From IMG/VR virus record IMGVR_UViG_3300036770_007621: 64,000 bases of DNA; one strand, given 5' to 3'. Positions within the stretch are counted from its first letter, which is position 1. Every line of letters starts with the position of its first letter. A model generated the notes under the pieces. The model worked only from the letters and a program-made list of their open reading frames with translations, made no database searches and was not told the origin of the DNA. The translations under genes were made by a program, and so were the position numbers. Source of the DNA: a virus. Below are positions 17,380 through 28,900 of the stretch, in pieces.

Positions 17380-19569
17380 TTATCTAATTCTAGATGCTAT
17401 TCTATATAGACTGGTCGATAAGTTTTTGTTTTTATTTTGAATTAATTTAGCGTATTTCTTCATAAATGAAGAAACTAAGATAGGTGACTCAGAGGATAAA
17501 GATTGTAAAGTGTGCATAAAATTACTAATAAAAGCATTTGCTTCAAGTTCGTTGATTGGTATTTTTGATAAAACTGTTGCAGTAACAAAAATTGAATCCT
17601 TTGGCAGAGAGAAAATTTCTCCAGAAATTTTAAAAACTTTACTATTTTCATCTGACATATTTTCGACAAGCGTAGCTTTGATAGGATCAGATGTCCCCAC
17701 AATTGCATCAAATATTCCTTTAATAGAATATTCTATATCGTTAAAACTTTCAATATCTTTAAAATAATCATTTAATTTTATTTTATTATTAAGATCTTCA
17801 ACGACAGCCTGAATTTCTTTACCTTGAACATTTGCTATAAGTAATATGCTGTCTAAATTATTACTATCAGCAAATATATCTTTTTTAATTAAACGCTGAT
17901 CGGGTTCAAGGACATCGTCAGAGTTAGTAGCTGGGTTTTCTTTAGCGGGTTCTAATTGTTCTTCAGGAGAGGGAGTATTTTCTTTTTCTTTTTCTTCTTT
18001 TGGATATATTAAATCATTTTTAGTTACAGAAGCTAAATAATTATTATATTTTATAGTAATTTTTCCAGTCACTGGATTATCATTAACTATTTTAACTGAG
18101 ATATTTTCTTCTAAATCTCTAGTATCATTGTCAAAATTATTTTGTTTATCGATTAAAGATTCAGCAGATCTACTTTGTAAAAAAATATTTTTTTTAAAAA
18201 TATTTTTTTTAATTAATATATTATTCTCAGATTTAGGAGAATCTGGAGGCGATACCTCTGGAGGAGGTGCTTCTGGAGTGGGTTCTACGGCAGGCTCTAC
18301 GGCAGGCACTTGTGGTTCTGCAGCAGCCTCTTGAACTTGTTTAGCGCCTTCATTTATTTGCTTAGCTGGAGTTGCCCCATCAACTTGCAATTCACTTACA
18401 TCAACGTCTATCTCTTCACCTTCACTTTCTAATACAGCAGTATTATCATCATTTATCCTAGAAATAACTGCTTCTCTTTCATCACTTGTTTTTACAGGTG
18501 TACCAGGGGTTAAATCGCGTTGAGGAGAAGTATTTTGGTCAGGCAATAAAGAAGGCTGTGCCGCAGGGGCGCCTTTAGGTGCTGGTGGAGGTGCTACTAC
18601 ACCCGCATCTGCAACATTTGCTGCTAAAGCAGCAGAATCTACTGTCGGTTCAGATTCAGATTGCTGTATTGCCTCTGGAGGAGCAATATCTTCCAATATA
18701 TTATTTAAATTACTTTTATGTTTTTGAAAATTAGCGCTATTAATTACGCCAGAATATCTATCAACTTGATCAATTATTGTTTTAGAAGCTTTGACATAAT
18801 CTGCAATTTTTCTTTCTGCTCTAGCTCTAGACATAATATTGAGCTGATTTTGCAATACATTTAACAATCTATCTGAAGCAGATAAAACAGATCTAATATC
18901 GTTTCTTAAATCTTTACTTATTCCTGGTTGAATTCTTTCCCATAAATCTAAAGCAGATTTTCTTTGCATTTTAGAAAATAAAGAACGAACCCAATTAATT
19001 AATCCTGCTTTTTTATAAAAGCCAGCTTTTTTAAATAATTTTTTGTTTTTAGAATAAGCAGTAACGGCAGGAACATCTTGTGATGGAATATATTTTGGAT
19101 CTTTTGATTTAGTTAAAAATCTTAATACAGATTCTGCTTGTTCTTCGGTTAATGGGTCTGCTAGAGAAGAAAAATACTCTGCATTCAAAGAAACTATGAT
19201 ATGTTCTGCATTTTTTAATAATTGTGCACAGTATAGTACTTTTACATAAAACTGTTCTAAGTAAGAGATAGAAACTAGATATTCTTTATTTTCATAAGCA
19301 TCTTTAGCATTATCCAATATATTTTTAATAGGACCTGATGCTTCTGATAAATATGGTATTTGATCTCCAATTTTTCTATTTAATAGAGTAGCTCTAACTT
19401 GATTATCTACTTCACGCAATTGGTTCATCATTGTACCAAAGACATTGCTTTTGCCTTCTAAATATCTGCCGCCTAAGAAAGTAAACTCTCTGAATCTATC
19501 AGAACGAGATCGTTCTTGGGCTACTTTTAATAAATTTTGATTGCGTGAAATAGTTGAAGATCTAGACAT
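17380..19569 (-). CDS. Paralog 1 of a four-gene family (729 aa), putative internal head protein
   Basis: Shared N-terminal domain (LRxxDNxVRATLL, NKEYLVSISYLEQFY, FYKKAG, SALDLWERI) and C-terminal ESPILVSSFMKKYA motif. Confidence 0.8.
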   Translation of the reverse strand: MSRSSTISRNQNLLKVAQERSRSDRFREFTFLGGRYLEGKSNVFGTMMNQLREVDNQVRATLLNRKIGDQIPYLSEASGPIKNILDNAKDAYENKEYLVSISYLEQFYVKVLYCAQLLKNAEHIIVSLNAEYFSSLADPLTEEQAESVLRFLTKSKDPKYIPSQDVPAVTAYSKNKKLFKKAGFYKKAGLINWVRSLFSKMQRKSALDLWERIQPGISKDLRNDIRSVLSASDRLLNVLQNQLNIMSRARAERKIADYVKASKTIIDQVDRYSGVINSANFQKHKSNLNNILEDIAPPEAIQQSESEPTVDSAALAANVADAGVVAPPPAPKGAPAAQPSLLPDQNTSPQRDLTPGTPVKTSDEREAVISRINDDNTAVLESEGEEIDVDVSELQVDGATPAKQINEGAKQVQEAAAEPQVPAVEPAVEPTPEAPPPEVSPPDSPKSENNILIKKNIFKKNIFLQSRSAESLIDKQNNFDNDTRDLEENISVKIVNDNPVTGKITIKYNNYLASVTKNDLIYPKEEKEKENTPSPEEQLEPAKENPATNSDDVLEPDQRLIKKDIFADSNNLDSILLIANVQGKEIQAVVEDLNNKIKLNDYFKDIESFNDIEYSIKGIFDAIVGTSDPIKATLVENMSDENSKVFKISGEIFSLPKDSIFVTATVLSKIPINELEANAFISNFMHTLQSLSSESPILVSSFMKKYAKLIQNKNKNLSTSLYRIASRIR

Positions 19570-19600
19570 GTATAATCCCTTTTATCATATAAGGTAATAA

Positions 19601-22168
19601 TCACATTATTCTTTTAGAAATTTTCATTAATTTTTGAGATAAATGTTTGTTGTTGGTAAGACGAGCATATTTCTTCATAAATGAAGAAACTATAATAGGT
19701 GACTCATGAGATAATGCTTCTAAAGTGTAAATAAAATTGCTTTGTTTGTTTTGGTTGTCCTTATTTTGTTTATATAAAGCAATAGGAATTTTCTTTTCTG
19801 GATTAGTTAATATTTTATTTCCATTAGCTTTAAAAGTTATAACTCTACCTTTATCATCTTTTTCAATATTTTCAAGATCATCAGGTAATGTGTAAGTTAA
19901 ATAATATTTTCCTATGTCATAAGTTTTTAAATCTACTGCGGCAACTTTTACAGGTATTCTGTCTGGTATTTTGGATTGATATTTATCAAATAATTGTTTA
20001 GAAATATTTTCCCCATATTCATTAAATCCAAAAATTTCTATTCTATGATTAACAACATCAGATTTATTAATTTCTACATCGCTATCAATATTATAAATCG
20101 GTATTTCGCTTTCTAATTGAGATTCATCTATCTCTTTTTCTGGTTCTTTTCCTTTTGTTGAAATTTCTACATCGCTACTTAAAGTAACTATCAAATATTC
20201 ATTTTGCATTTGTACTTTAACATTAACTCCAGTAAGATCGCCCCCGCTAAAAATATCAATATTTTCTAAAATAATTTTTCTTTCTTTTAAAGCCCTTCTT
20301 AATTTGCCAACAACTATTCTTATAGGATATGAGCTAAAAGTTAAATTAATTATTAACTTAGCTCCTTTTTCAGGCAGCGTATCAGGTATTCCAGACTCTT
20401 TATCAAATCTATTTTTAATTGAATTTAATTGTTCTAGTGTTACGCCATTAATTTCAGCATTTATACTTTTAATATTGCAGGTAGTAAACATACCTGCATT
20501 TTTATTTAAGTCTAGTTTATTATATTTAATTTTTATTCTACCAATATTAGATCTAGCTCCAAGGACCTCTACCTGACTACCAAGATCTAATTCTACTTCC
20601 GTCATATTAGTTTCATCTACAGGAGCAGGTGCGTCGCCAGTAGGATTTCCTTCAGGAGATGCTGGTTCGGCTGGTGAGGCACCACCAGCTTCACCGTCAG
20701 ATCCTCCACCAGCTTCTCCACCAACACCAGCTTCTTCACCAACACCAGCTTCTCCACCAGCAGCTTCTCCACCAGCAGCTTCTGGAGCAGCTGGTACGCT
20801 TGGTTGTCTAGGAGGAGGTAAATTTACTCCGCCATTTTCAACAATTACTTGAGCATCTGCAGCTTCTAATGGTATTTGCGCTACAGGAACAACTTGCTCT
20901 TGACCATTTTCCTTATTTTCTACAGTAGCTTGATTATTATCTACACTTTTTACAGTAAACAAGCCTCTAATTCCATTTATAACACCCCTAAAAAATTTGC
21001 CAATTAAACCTTTAGCATCATTAGGAATAGCTGCTGCTGGTGGTGGTGTAGCAGGATCAGCGGCAGCTTGAGCTTGTTGTTGTTGAAGTTGTTGCTGTTG
21101 AGGAGCATTAGCTGCAGGAGCACTAGTATTAGTTGGATTTTCTACTTGTGCCGCTAATTGAGGAGTAGGTTGAGCTACATTAGAATTATCTTTAGCTGCT
21201 TGTGCTTGCGCAGGAGTAGCCATTTGCTCTAATATTTTATTTAAACTGTCTGTATGCTTATTAAAATTTGCATTAGTAATAGTTCCGGAATAATTAGTAA
21301 CTTTATTAACTAAGTCTTGAGAAAAACGATCATAATCTGCTATTTTTCTACCTGCCCTAGCCTCAGACATTTTATTTAAATTAGTTTGAAAATTATTTAA
21401 TAACCTATCAGAAGCAGATAATACTGTCCTGATATCGCGACTTAATTGCTTGCCAGCTCCAGGTTGAATTCTTTCCCATAAATTCAAAGCAGATAATCTA
21501 GAATCAAATAACTCTTTTACCCAATCAATTAATCCAGCTGTTTTATGAAATTGAGCCTGCTTCCTCATATTATAATTAATAGAAGATAGAGCAGCTAAAT
21601 CTTTTGCATTCTGCTCTTTCATTCTCTTAATTTCTTCTCTGACTTCTGGAGAAAGATATTGTTCATTTTTTTGTTCTATTAAATAATTATAAATTCTTCT
21701 TTTTTGATCATCGGTTAAATCTTCTGCTAATGCTTTAAAATATTCTGCATTTAAATTTTTATTAATTTCACTTACATTTTTTAATACTTGAGCACAATAT
21801 AAAACTTTTTGATAAAATTGCTCTAAATAAGAAATAGAAACTAAATATTCTTTATTTTCATAATTTTTCTTGGCAGATTCCAATAAATCTTTTGCAGAAA
21901 CTTCTCCAGCATATGGAATTTGATCTCCATATTTTTTACCAAGAAGAGTAGCTCTGACTAAATTGTCAGCCTGTCTTAATTGACCCATCATAACGCCAAA
22001 AATTTGTGTTTTATTTTCTAATCTTTTACCACCAAAATTTGACCATTCCAAAAACCTATCCGTCCAACCCCTATCTTGAGCAGTAACTATAATTTGGTTT
22101 GAGGTTTGGGCTGAGCTATAAACTTTTTGACTTGCTTTATAAACATTTAATGATGAAGTTCTAGACAT
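19601..22168 (-). CDS. Paralog 2 of the four-gene family
   Basis: Start refined to MSRTSS (ATG 22168, AAGGA SD); same N-terminal domain and ESPIIVSSFMKKYA C-terminus. Confidence 0.8.
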   Translation of the reverse strand: MSRTSSLNVYKASQKVYSSAQTSNQIIVTAQDRGWTDRFLEWSNFGGKRLENKTQIFGVMMGQLRQADNLVRATLLGKKYGDQIPYAGEVSAKDLLESAKKNYENKEYLVSISYLEQFYQKVLYCAQVLKNVSEINKNLNAEYFKALAEDLTDDQKRRIYNYLIEQKNEQYLSPEVREEIKRMKEQNAKDLAALSSINYNMRKQAQFHKTAGLIDWVKELFDSRLSALNLWERIQPGAGKQLSRDIRTVLSASDRLLNNFQTNLNKMSEARAGRKIADYDRFSQDLVNKVTNYSGTITNANFNKHTDSLNKILEQMATPAQAQAAKDNSNVAQPTPQLAAQVENPTNTSAPAANAPQQQQLQQQQAQAAADPATPPPAAAIPNDAKGLIGKFFRGVINGIRGLFTVKSVDNNQATVENKENGQEQVVPVAQIPLEAADAQVIVENGGVNLPPPRQPSVPAAPEAAGGEAAGGEAGVGEEAGVGGEAGGGSDGEAGGASPAEPASPEGNPTGDAPAPVDETNMTEVELDLGSQVEVLGARSNIGRIKIKYNKLDLNKNAGMFTTCNIKSINAEINGVTLEQLNSIKNRFDKESGIPDTLPEKGAKLIINLTFSSYPIRIVVGKLRRALKERKIILENIDIFSGGDLTGVNVKVQMQNEYLIVTLSSDVEISTKGKEPEKEIDESQLESEIPIYNIDSDVEINKSDVVNHRIEIFGFNEYGENISKQLFDKYQSKIPDRIPVKVAAVDLKTYDIGKYYLTYTLPDDLENIEKDDKGRVITFKANGNKILTNPEKKIPIALYKQNKDNQNKQSNFIYTLEALSHESPIIVSSFMKKYARLTNNKHLSQKLMKISKRIM
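20680..20790 (-). repeat. AGGEAG-type coding repeats
   Basis: ccagcttctcca units; EAAGGEAAGGEAGVGEEAGVGGEAG. Confidence 0.75.
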
Positions 22169-22212
22169 AAATTTTTCCTTATAAAAATCTAAATATAATA
22201 TCAGATTATTAA

Positions 22213-25200
22213 TCAAACCATCATAGAAGCTATCTTTTTTAATTTATATGATATTTTTTTATTTTTCTTATTAATTAAATTAGCGTACTTCCTAATAAAA
22301 GAAGCTACTATAATTGGAGATTCATAAGATAATTTTTCTAAAATATAAACAAAAGAAGCTTTTTTAGCGTTTTTGAGATCTTGCTCAGGAATTAAGGCAG
22401 TTAAAGTAGTTGGAGTATCAGATGTAGGATCTGCTATATCTGCCTCAACTAAATAATAAACTATATTATCTATATTTTGCTTTTCTTTAATAGTTACTGT
22501 GATTGGATCATTTATATTATTAAGTATTTCTGGCAAACTTTTATGTTGTGGTTTTAAATTGTTAATAAAAATATTTTTACTAATACTTATTTTATCATTT
22601 ACAGAAAATTTTATTTCTGATGAGATACTATCTGCTATAACTCTATAGTTATCTATTATTTTTTGTTGATAATCTTTATTATTTGAACGCATCATCAATT
22701 CTTTAACTATTGTCTGAATTTCCCAAAGATGAGCGGTTGGTTCTAAGTTAAAAAACTTATAAGCTTTCTGTAATGGTGTAAGATCTTCTTCAGGCTCTAC
22801 AGATGGAGCTACGGCAATTGTAGACTGTACACTTTGAGATCCATCAGGAATAGATTCAGAACCACCTTGAGATGATTCAAATTCTTGATAAATTTCTGGC
22901 ATCATACTTCTTATGACATTAGGAAAGGCTCGTTCAGTAAAATTTTCAAATAACCCATATAATGGGCCATATGTTTTATCTTGATAAAAAATAATAAAAT
23001 CATATTTATCATTAGATGATGATAAAGAATATAATTCTGCTTGCAAATAATCCGGATTATTTACAATATTTTCTTTTACTTCTCTTTTTACTTGTTCTTT
23101 TATATTTTTAACATCTTTAACATCTTTTAATTCTAAAATATTTTGTAAAGATGGCGACATTCCGGTTGTCAAATTTTCAAAAAAATATTCAGTAGGTATT
23201 TTTACATTTATTTTATTTGTTTTTAATTTTTCTTTAATTATATTATATAGTTTTTGTGCGGGACTTTGTTGTACAACGCTCGGTACACCTGAACTCTCAT
23301 CAGGAATCGATACACCAACCTCACCACTGCTTAAAGTTGCAAATTGATTTAATTTGTTAAAACTAATTTCTATTTTAGGAGAATCAAATTTAGGTCCTAA
23401 TACTGATTTTAAATCATTAATAATAACAAATGCTTTTTTGTTTTGTTCATCAATTGATTCTATTTTAATTGTAACAATGTTTTTATCACTTAATGTAAAA
23501 TGACTCAACTTCTCTGTACTTAAATCGTCCTCTGTTACTTTTTTATATCCCTTTTTTTCTAGATATAATTGTAGCACATAATTATTTATTGCCGAGAAAC
23601 CTTCTTTAGTATTAAAATCAAATAATTCTGCAACAGAAATACTTAAAATATCTCCTACTTTAAACTTAGACTCTAATCCCTCTGCTCCAGGAATATCTGA
23701 TGGCTCTTGACTTGGAACAGGAGTTTTAAATTTATTAAATTTATTTCTTATAAATTTATCAAAAAATTTATCATATAATTTTTCATATTCTTGTAAAGAG
23801 TATTTTTTGCTTTGTTCAGGATCTTTTGCAATAATATCTTTAACTCTATCAATAGCGGCAAGTAATTCTGCTATCGGAATAGCTAAATTTGGATTTTCTA
23901 TGTCATCATATTTATTTAAATTATTTAAAATAAAATTATTTTTATCTTTAATATACTGATCAAGATCTGCAACTCCTGATACATCAGGAGTTATTCCCGC
24001 GAGATTTGCTAATTTGCCAAATCTAATTCTTGCCTCATCTATTTCAATATTTTCTGGTGGTAAAGATAATTGTTTGCCATCAGGAGTAATGACGGAAATT
24101 TGATTACTTTCCCTATCAATTCCTTGTATCTTAACTTCCTGCTCTTTACCATCAATAGTAGCCTTGGCTCCAGTATTTGCAGGTATTCCAATAAAATCTC
24201 TAAGAGAAATAACCGCCCTAGCAAACCAACTTTTATTAGGAATCGGTGGAACTGCATCTTGTAATGCTTTAGATGCCTCTGCTACAACCTCTACTGTAAC
24301 AGGAGATAATTCTCCTGCTTGTTGTTTTGATAATTCTTCAATATTATCTAATTTTTGTTGCGCATCTTGCGCAGCATTAATAAGACTAGCCGCTGCCGCT
24401 TGTACTTGCTCAACCTTAGCCTTACCCATATTCTTAATAGATTTAATTAACCTATTAAAAAATCCAGCAGCCTCTCTAGCTTTAGGCTGATCTTGTTCTT
24501 GATTTAATTGTTCTTCAACTCGTTGTAAATCAGGTAATACTGCCTGTAATTGTTCAGGGGTTTTTCTATCTAAATTTTCTAAATTTGCTTTAACTTCTGG
24601 CTTAATAGATAAATTAAGATCATTTAAATCAATTTCTATACTAGGAATGTTGGCTTCAGCTTGACCTACTTGTCTAACTTGCTCAATACTCTGCTGTAAA
24701 TTACTTAAAGAAGCCGCAGCTTGTTGAGCAGCTTCTTTAATTTCTGGAGTTGCTGGATTAGCAGCAGCTAATTGTTGTTGAGCAGCTTGTATTTGTGGTT
24801 GGGCTGCAACTACTGCTTGTACTACAGCAACTGTGGCGGCTGGAGTGGCAGGAGCAGCTGCAACTTGAGCAGGAGAGGGCGCTGGAGCAGAAGTATTAGA
24901 GTTATTTTTAACTTGAGCGGACAATTGTGAGCTTGGTGCGCTGGTAGTATTACCAACTTCTTTTTGTTGTTCTGGAGGAACAACATTATTTAAAATATTT
25001 TGCAATTGATCTGCATACTGACTAAAATTAACTCTATCAATAGAAGAAGAGTATTGATTTACTTGATCAACAATATTTTTAGATGTTTTAACGTAATCTG
25101 CTACTTGTCTATCTATTCTGGCTTGAGACATCTTATTAAGATTAGTTTGTAAAACATTTAATAATCTATTAGATGCTGATAAAACTATTCTTAAATTTTT

Positions 25201-25938
25201 TTTTAAGTCTGTGCTTGCTTTAGGATAAATTTTTTCCCATAAATTTAAAGCAGATAATCTAGAACTAAAAAGTTGTTGTATCCAATCAGTTAAGCCAGCA
25301 GTTTTATAAAATTGTCCATGTTTTTGTATTTTATATTTGGTGTTACTGGTAACATTACCAAGATCTCTTTGTATGTTTTCTTTTAAATCTTTTAATTTTT
25401 TTCTTTCATCTTCAGAAAGATATTCTTCACCTTTAGCTTTAGCTAAATAATTTTTGATTCTCTCTTTCTGTTCATCGGTCAAATTCTCTGCTAAAGATTT
25501 AAAATATTCTTGATTTAAACTAATTGTTAATGAGTCTAAACTTTTTAATAATTGTGCACAGTATAATACTTTTTGGTAAAATTGATCTAAATAAGAAATT
25601 GCTAACAAATACTCTTTGTTATTATAATTTTGTTGAGCTAAATCTAATACTTTTTTAATAGGTAAATCTCCAGCATATGGTGCTTGATCGCCCATTTTCT
25701 TTCCTAATAAAGTAGCTCTAATTCCGTTATCTACAGAACGCAAATTATTCATTATTAATTGAAATAAATCGCTTTTTTTCTCTACTCTAGCTCCACCAAA
25801 ATTAGCCCACTCTTTAAATGATTCGGTCCATCCCCAATCTTGAGCCAACTTGTTAAATTTATTTTGATTAGAAAATTGATATTTTTTTTGCATTTTGTCG
25901 TTTCCAAATAAAACTCTACTAAATACTGTTTTAACCAT
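22213..25938 (-). CDS. Paralog 3 of the four-gene family (1241 aa)
   Basis: Same N-terminal domain; ESPIIVASFIRKYA C-terminus. Confidence 0.8.
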   Translation of the reverse strand: MVKTVFSRVLFGNDKMQKKYQFSNQNKFNKLAQDWGWTESFKEWANFGGARVEKKSDLFQLIMNNLRSVDNGIRATLLGKKMGDQAPYAGDLPIKKVLDLAQQNYNNKEYLLAISYLDQFYQKVLYCAQLLKSLDSLTISLNQEYFKSLAENLTDEQKERIKNYLAKAKGEEYLSEDERKKLKDLKENIQRDLGNVTSNTKYKIQKHGQFYKTAGLTDWIQQLFSSRLSALNLWEKIYPKASTDLKKNLRIVLSASNRLLNVLQTNLNKMSQARIDRQVADYVKTSKNIVDQVNQYSSSIDRVNFSQYADQLQNILNNVVPPEQQKEVGNTTSAPSSQLSAQVKNNSNTSAPAPSPAQVAAAPATPAATVAVVQAVVAAQPQIQAAQQQLAAANPATPEIKEAAQQAAASLSNLQQSIEQVRQVGQAEANIPSIEIDLNDLNLSIKPEVKANLENLDRKTPEQLQAVLPDLQRVEEQLNQEQDQPKAREAAGFFNRLIKSIKNMGKAKVEQVQAAAASLINAAQDAQQKLDNIEELSKQQAGELSPVTVEVVAEASKALQDAVPPIPNKSWFARAVISLRDFIGIPANTGAKATIDGKEQEVKIQGIDRESNQISVITPDGKQLSLPPENIEIDEARIRFGKLANLAGITPDVSGVADLDQYIKDKNNFILNNLNKYDDIENPNLAIPIAELLAAIDRVKDIIAKDPEQSKKYSLQEYEKLYDKFFDKFIRNKFNKFKTPVPSQEPSDIPGAEGLESKFKVGDILSISVAELFDFNTKEGFSAINNYVLQLYLEKKGYKKVTEDDLSTEKLSHFTLSDKNIVTIKIESIDEQNKKAFVIINDLKSVLGPKFDSPKIEISFNKLNQFATLSSGEVGVSIPDESSGVPSVVQQSPAQKLYNIIKEKLKTNKINVKIPTEYFFENLTTGMSPSLQNILELKDVKDVKNIKEQVKREVKENIVNNPDYLQAELYSLSSSNDKYDFIIFYQDKTYGPLYGLFENFTERAFPNVIRSMMPEIYQEFESSQGGSESIPDGSQSVQSTIAVAPSVEPEEDLTPLQKAYKFFNLEPTAHLWEIQTIVKELMMRSNNKDYQQKIIDNYRVIADSISSEIKFSVNDKISISKNIFINNLKPQHKSLPEILNNINDPITVTIKEKQNIDNIVYYLVEADIADPTSDTPTTLTALIPEQDLKNAKKASFVYILEKLSYESPIIVASFIRKYANLINKKNKKISYKLKKIASMMV

Positions 25939-25990
25939 AGAAAACCAAAAACCCCTTTACAGAGGCTTTTGTTTTTATTTAAGTATTTTT

Positions 25991-28900
25991 TTATTTATTT
26001 AATAGTCTTAATCTTCTTAAAAAAGATTGAACAATTATAGGGGATTCTTTATTTTTAATTTGATTAAATGCTTTCTTATAGTCTAACTCATCCTCATCTT
26101 CTTCTTCAAATTCTTCTTCCTCTTCCCCCAATCCTAATTCTTGTAAAAATTCTCTTTCTAAATCTTCATCAGGACCTTCCCCTTCTCCTTCTCCTTGATC
26201 TTCTTCCCTTTCTTCTCCCGCAACCTCTTCTTTTTCTACCTCTTCTTCACTTACTTGTTTTCTTATATTTTTTTTATTTTCTTCAACTATATTTTTTAAA
26301 ATATTATCTAAATATTCAGCTTTTTCGCTTTCTGATTTATTTTCTATGTCAGTTTGAATTTTTTCAAATTTATTTGGAATCAACATGTTTAATAAATTTA
26401 ATTTTTCATCAATAGTCATTTTTTTAGCAGGAGTTCTAGTTTCAACAATTGGGGAAGGCTTAATAGAAACTGCAGGCTCATATCTATAGTCTTTATTACT
26501 TAAATAGTTTTCTAAAGTTGTTAAATTTCCTGATATTTGTTTAGTCACTAGACGGCTTTTGATAACTTCATCCTCACCTTTTTCTTTATATTTTGCAGTC
26601 TCTTCTAATGATAACTCAAAATTTAAACTATTTTTATCTTTATTAAAAGTTAAAATTTTTATTTTTTTTGGTTGAGTTTGCATCGTTCCTAAAATTTTAA
26701 GCTTAGGAATATTTATTTTTTTTGTTTCAATTGGAGCATCTTCAAAAGAAAAAGTATCTCCTGCTTTAATATTTTTTAATATTTCTTTTAATTGAGACTG
26801 GTTTGTAACCCCTTGCACTGATTCTACTGCTGGAGGAACTTTTTGTTCTGCAGGAGGAGAATCCTCCTCTGGAGAAAGAGGCGCTTCCTCATCTCTTTCT
26901 GTAAGTGTAGGCGGAGATGATGTAAATATTACTTTTTGTATTTTATTATTTTCTAAATCATTTGCATTAACTGTAATAGTATGTGTACGATTACCATCAG
27001 TAAATGAAACTCTGGCAAATTGCTCATTTTCGTTTTCAATTAAAGTAGTATTTAAAATAAATCCAAAATATTCATCATTCTCAACAGGAGTATACTTAAT
27101 AGCATCATCATTTTTAATTTCATTTAAATTACTATATTTTGTTAAAGTAAATTTGCTTGAATCAAAAAATATAGCAAATCTATCAAGATTTTTTACTGCT
27201 TTTGCTGGTGACTGCCCACCTACTTCTGCTGGCGACTCCCCTGCTAGTGGTGGTTGCTCGCCTCCTGCTACTGGTGGTTTTGCTGCTGGTTCAATCACTT
27301 TAACCAAATAATATTGTTTGGGATTAATTGTAAATATCGGGTCTATATTATCAAATCTTACTTCAATGCTTCCAGGATTATTATACTCTGCTCTATTTAC
27401 ATTAGTAACTGTTCCAGTTAAAATATTATTATTATTATTTTGCGCCTGTGCCAAAGAAACAAGCCTGTATAATTCCATGTATGCTGTAGCAGTTTTAATA
27501 ACTCCACTAGTATTATCAAATGTAATTCTATCTCCTACGTTATAATCTTTAGTATAAATATATTTTGGTAAAGCTGTTTTTTGATCGAGTAACTCTAAAT
27601 GCTGTATAAAAATACTAAAGTTTCTACGACCAATTAAATATTTATGTTTATTTTCTAATGCACTATCAGAAACATTACAAACATATCTTAAAAATGGAAA
27701 ATCTACTTGAACTTCTACTGCTGATATAATATTTGTAACTTTTCCTATTAATTGGGATGCAATTACATTATCGTCAAAATCTTGTTGTCTAATAAAATTA
27801 AGAAAATCTTGAGAAATTCCAGCAACTTTACCCTGTACTATTGTGTCTGGCATAAAGCTAGAAATGTCTTTTTTAGTAGAGGCGGCTGATGGAGCAGGCT
27901 GTTTCTGAGGAGGAGTAGCAGTTTTAGGCGTAGCTCTAATTTTTGATGTTAAATCGTTCTCATAAATCACTACCTCATAGCCAGGTCCGCTTGGATGGTT
28001 TTCAAAATTAAAATAATAACGATTGGAAATCGTATCGCCCTCTTGTGCTGTGTCTACTTTAACCAAAGTTCCATTACCCCAATCTGGTTCTTCAATATAT
28101 TCAATACTGGCATTTTTAAGCCGCTTTTCAATCTTATTTTCAGTCGTACCACCAGGAGCACCAGCACCAGCACCAGCACCAGCACCAGCACCAGCACCAG
28201 CACCAGAAGCACCAGCACCAGAAGCACCAGCACCAGCAGGAGCAGCAGGAGTATTTGTTGAAAACAAATTTTGTTGAATCAAATTGTCTTTAGAAGCAGA
28301 TTCAGGGGATACTTCATCATAACCGTCAGCATTTTTATAATGTAAAAATACATTATTGTTATTGTTTTTATCTTCAGAGAATTTAACGGTCTTGTTAATA
28401 TTGATTTTGCTTGTATCTATGCCAAACATAGGACCTATAGTTCTTAACGCCAGTGGATTTATTACATGCTCTAAATTAATATTTAAATCTGTTACAGATT
28501 GCTTATACTCAATCGCATCTATTAAGTCTTTTAATTTATCTTTTGAAATTAATACGGGGGGGGTGGATCTTTCTTGAGTAGCTATATATCTATTGTTGTT
28601 TCGATCAAACACAATAGCAATAGGTCCTGGTTTTAAACCTTTTAAAATGCTTTTAACACCTCTACCAACTGCTTTGGCAGAATACCCGTACATTACATTG
28701 TTTGATAATGCACTTGTAATTTCATCAATTTTTTTCTGAGCTTTTATCTGCTCATCTTCTGCAGTTATATTTTTAATTATCTGTTTAGTAAAGATATTTG
28801 CCTTGGTGTTTCTAGGTAGTAAGAGTGCTTCCCAATCTCCTCTAGTTTTATCTGCTATCTCTTTTTTTAAAATATATCTATATGGTCTATTATCAGGACC

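Noticed and set aside
25945-25976. Possible terminator between paralogs 4 and 3
   Set aside because: The stem is short and mismatched (CCCCT/AGAGG); too weak to call.
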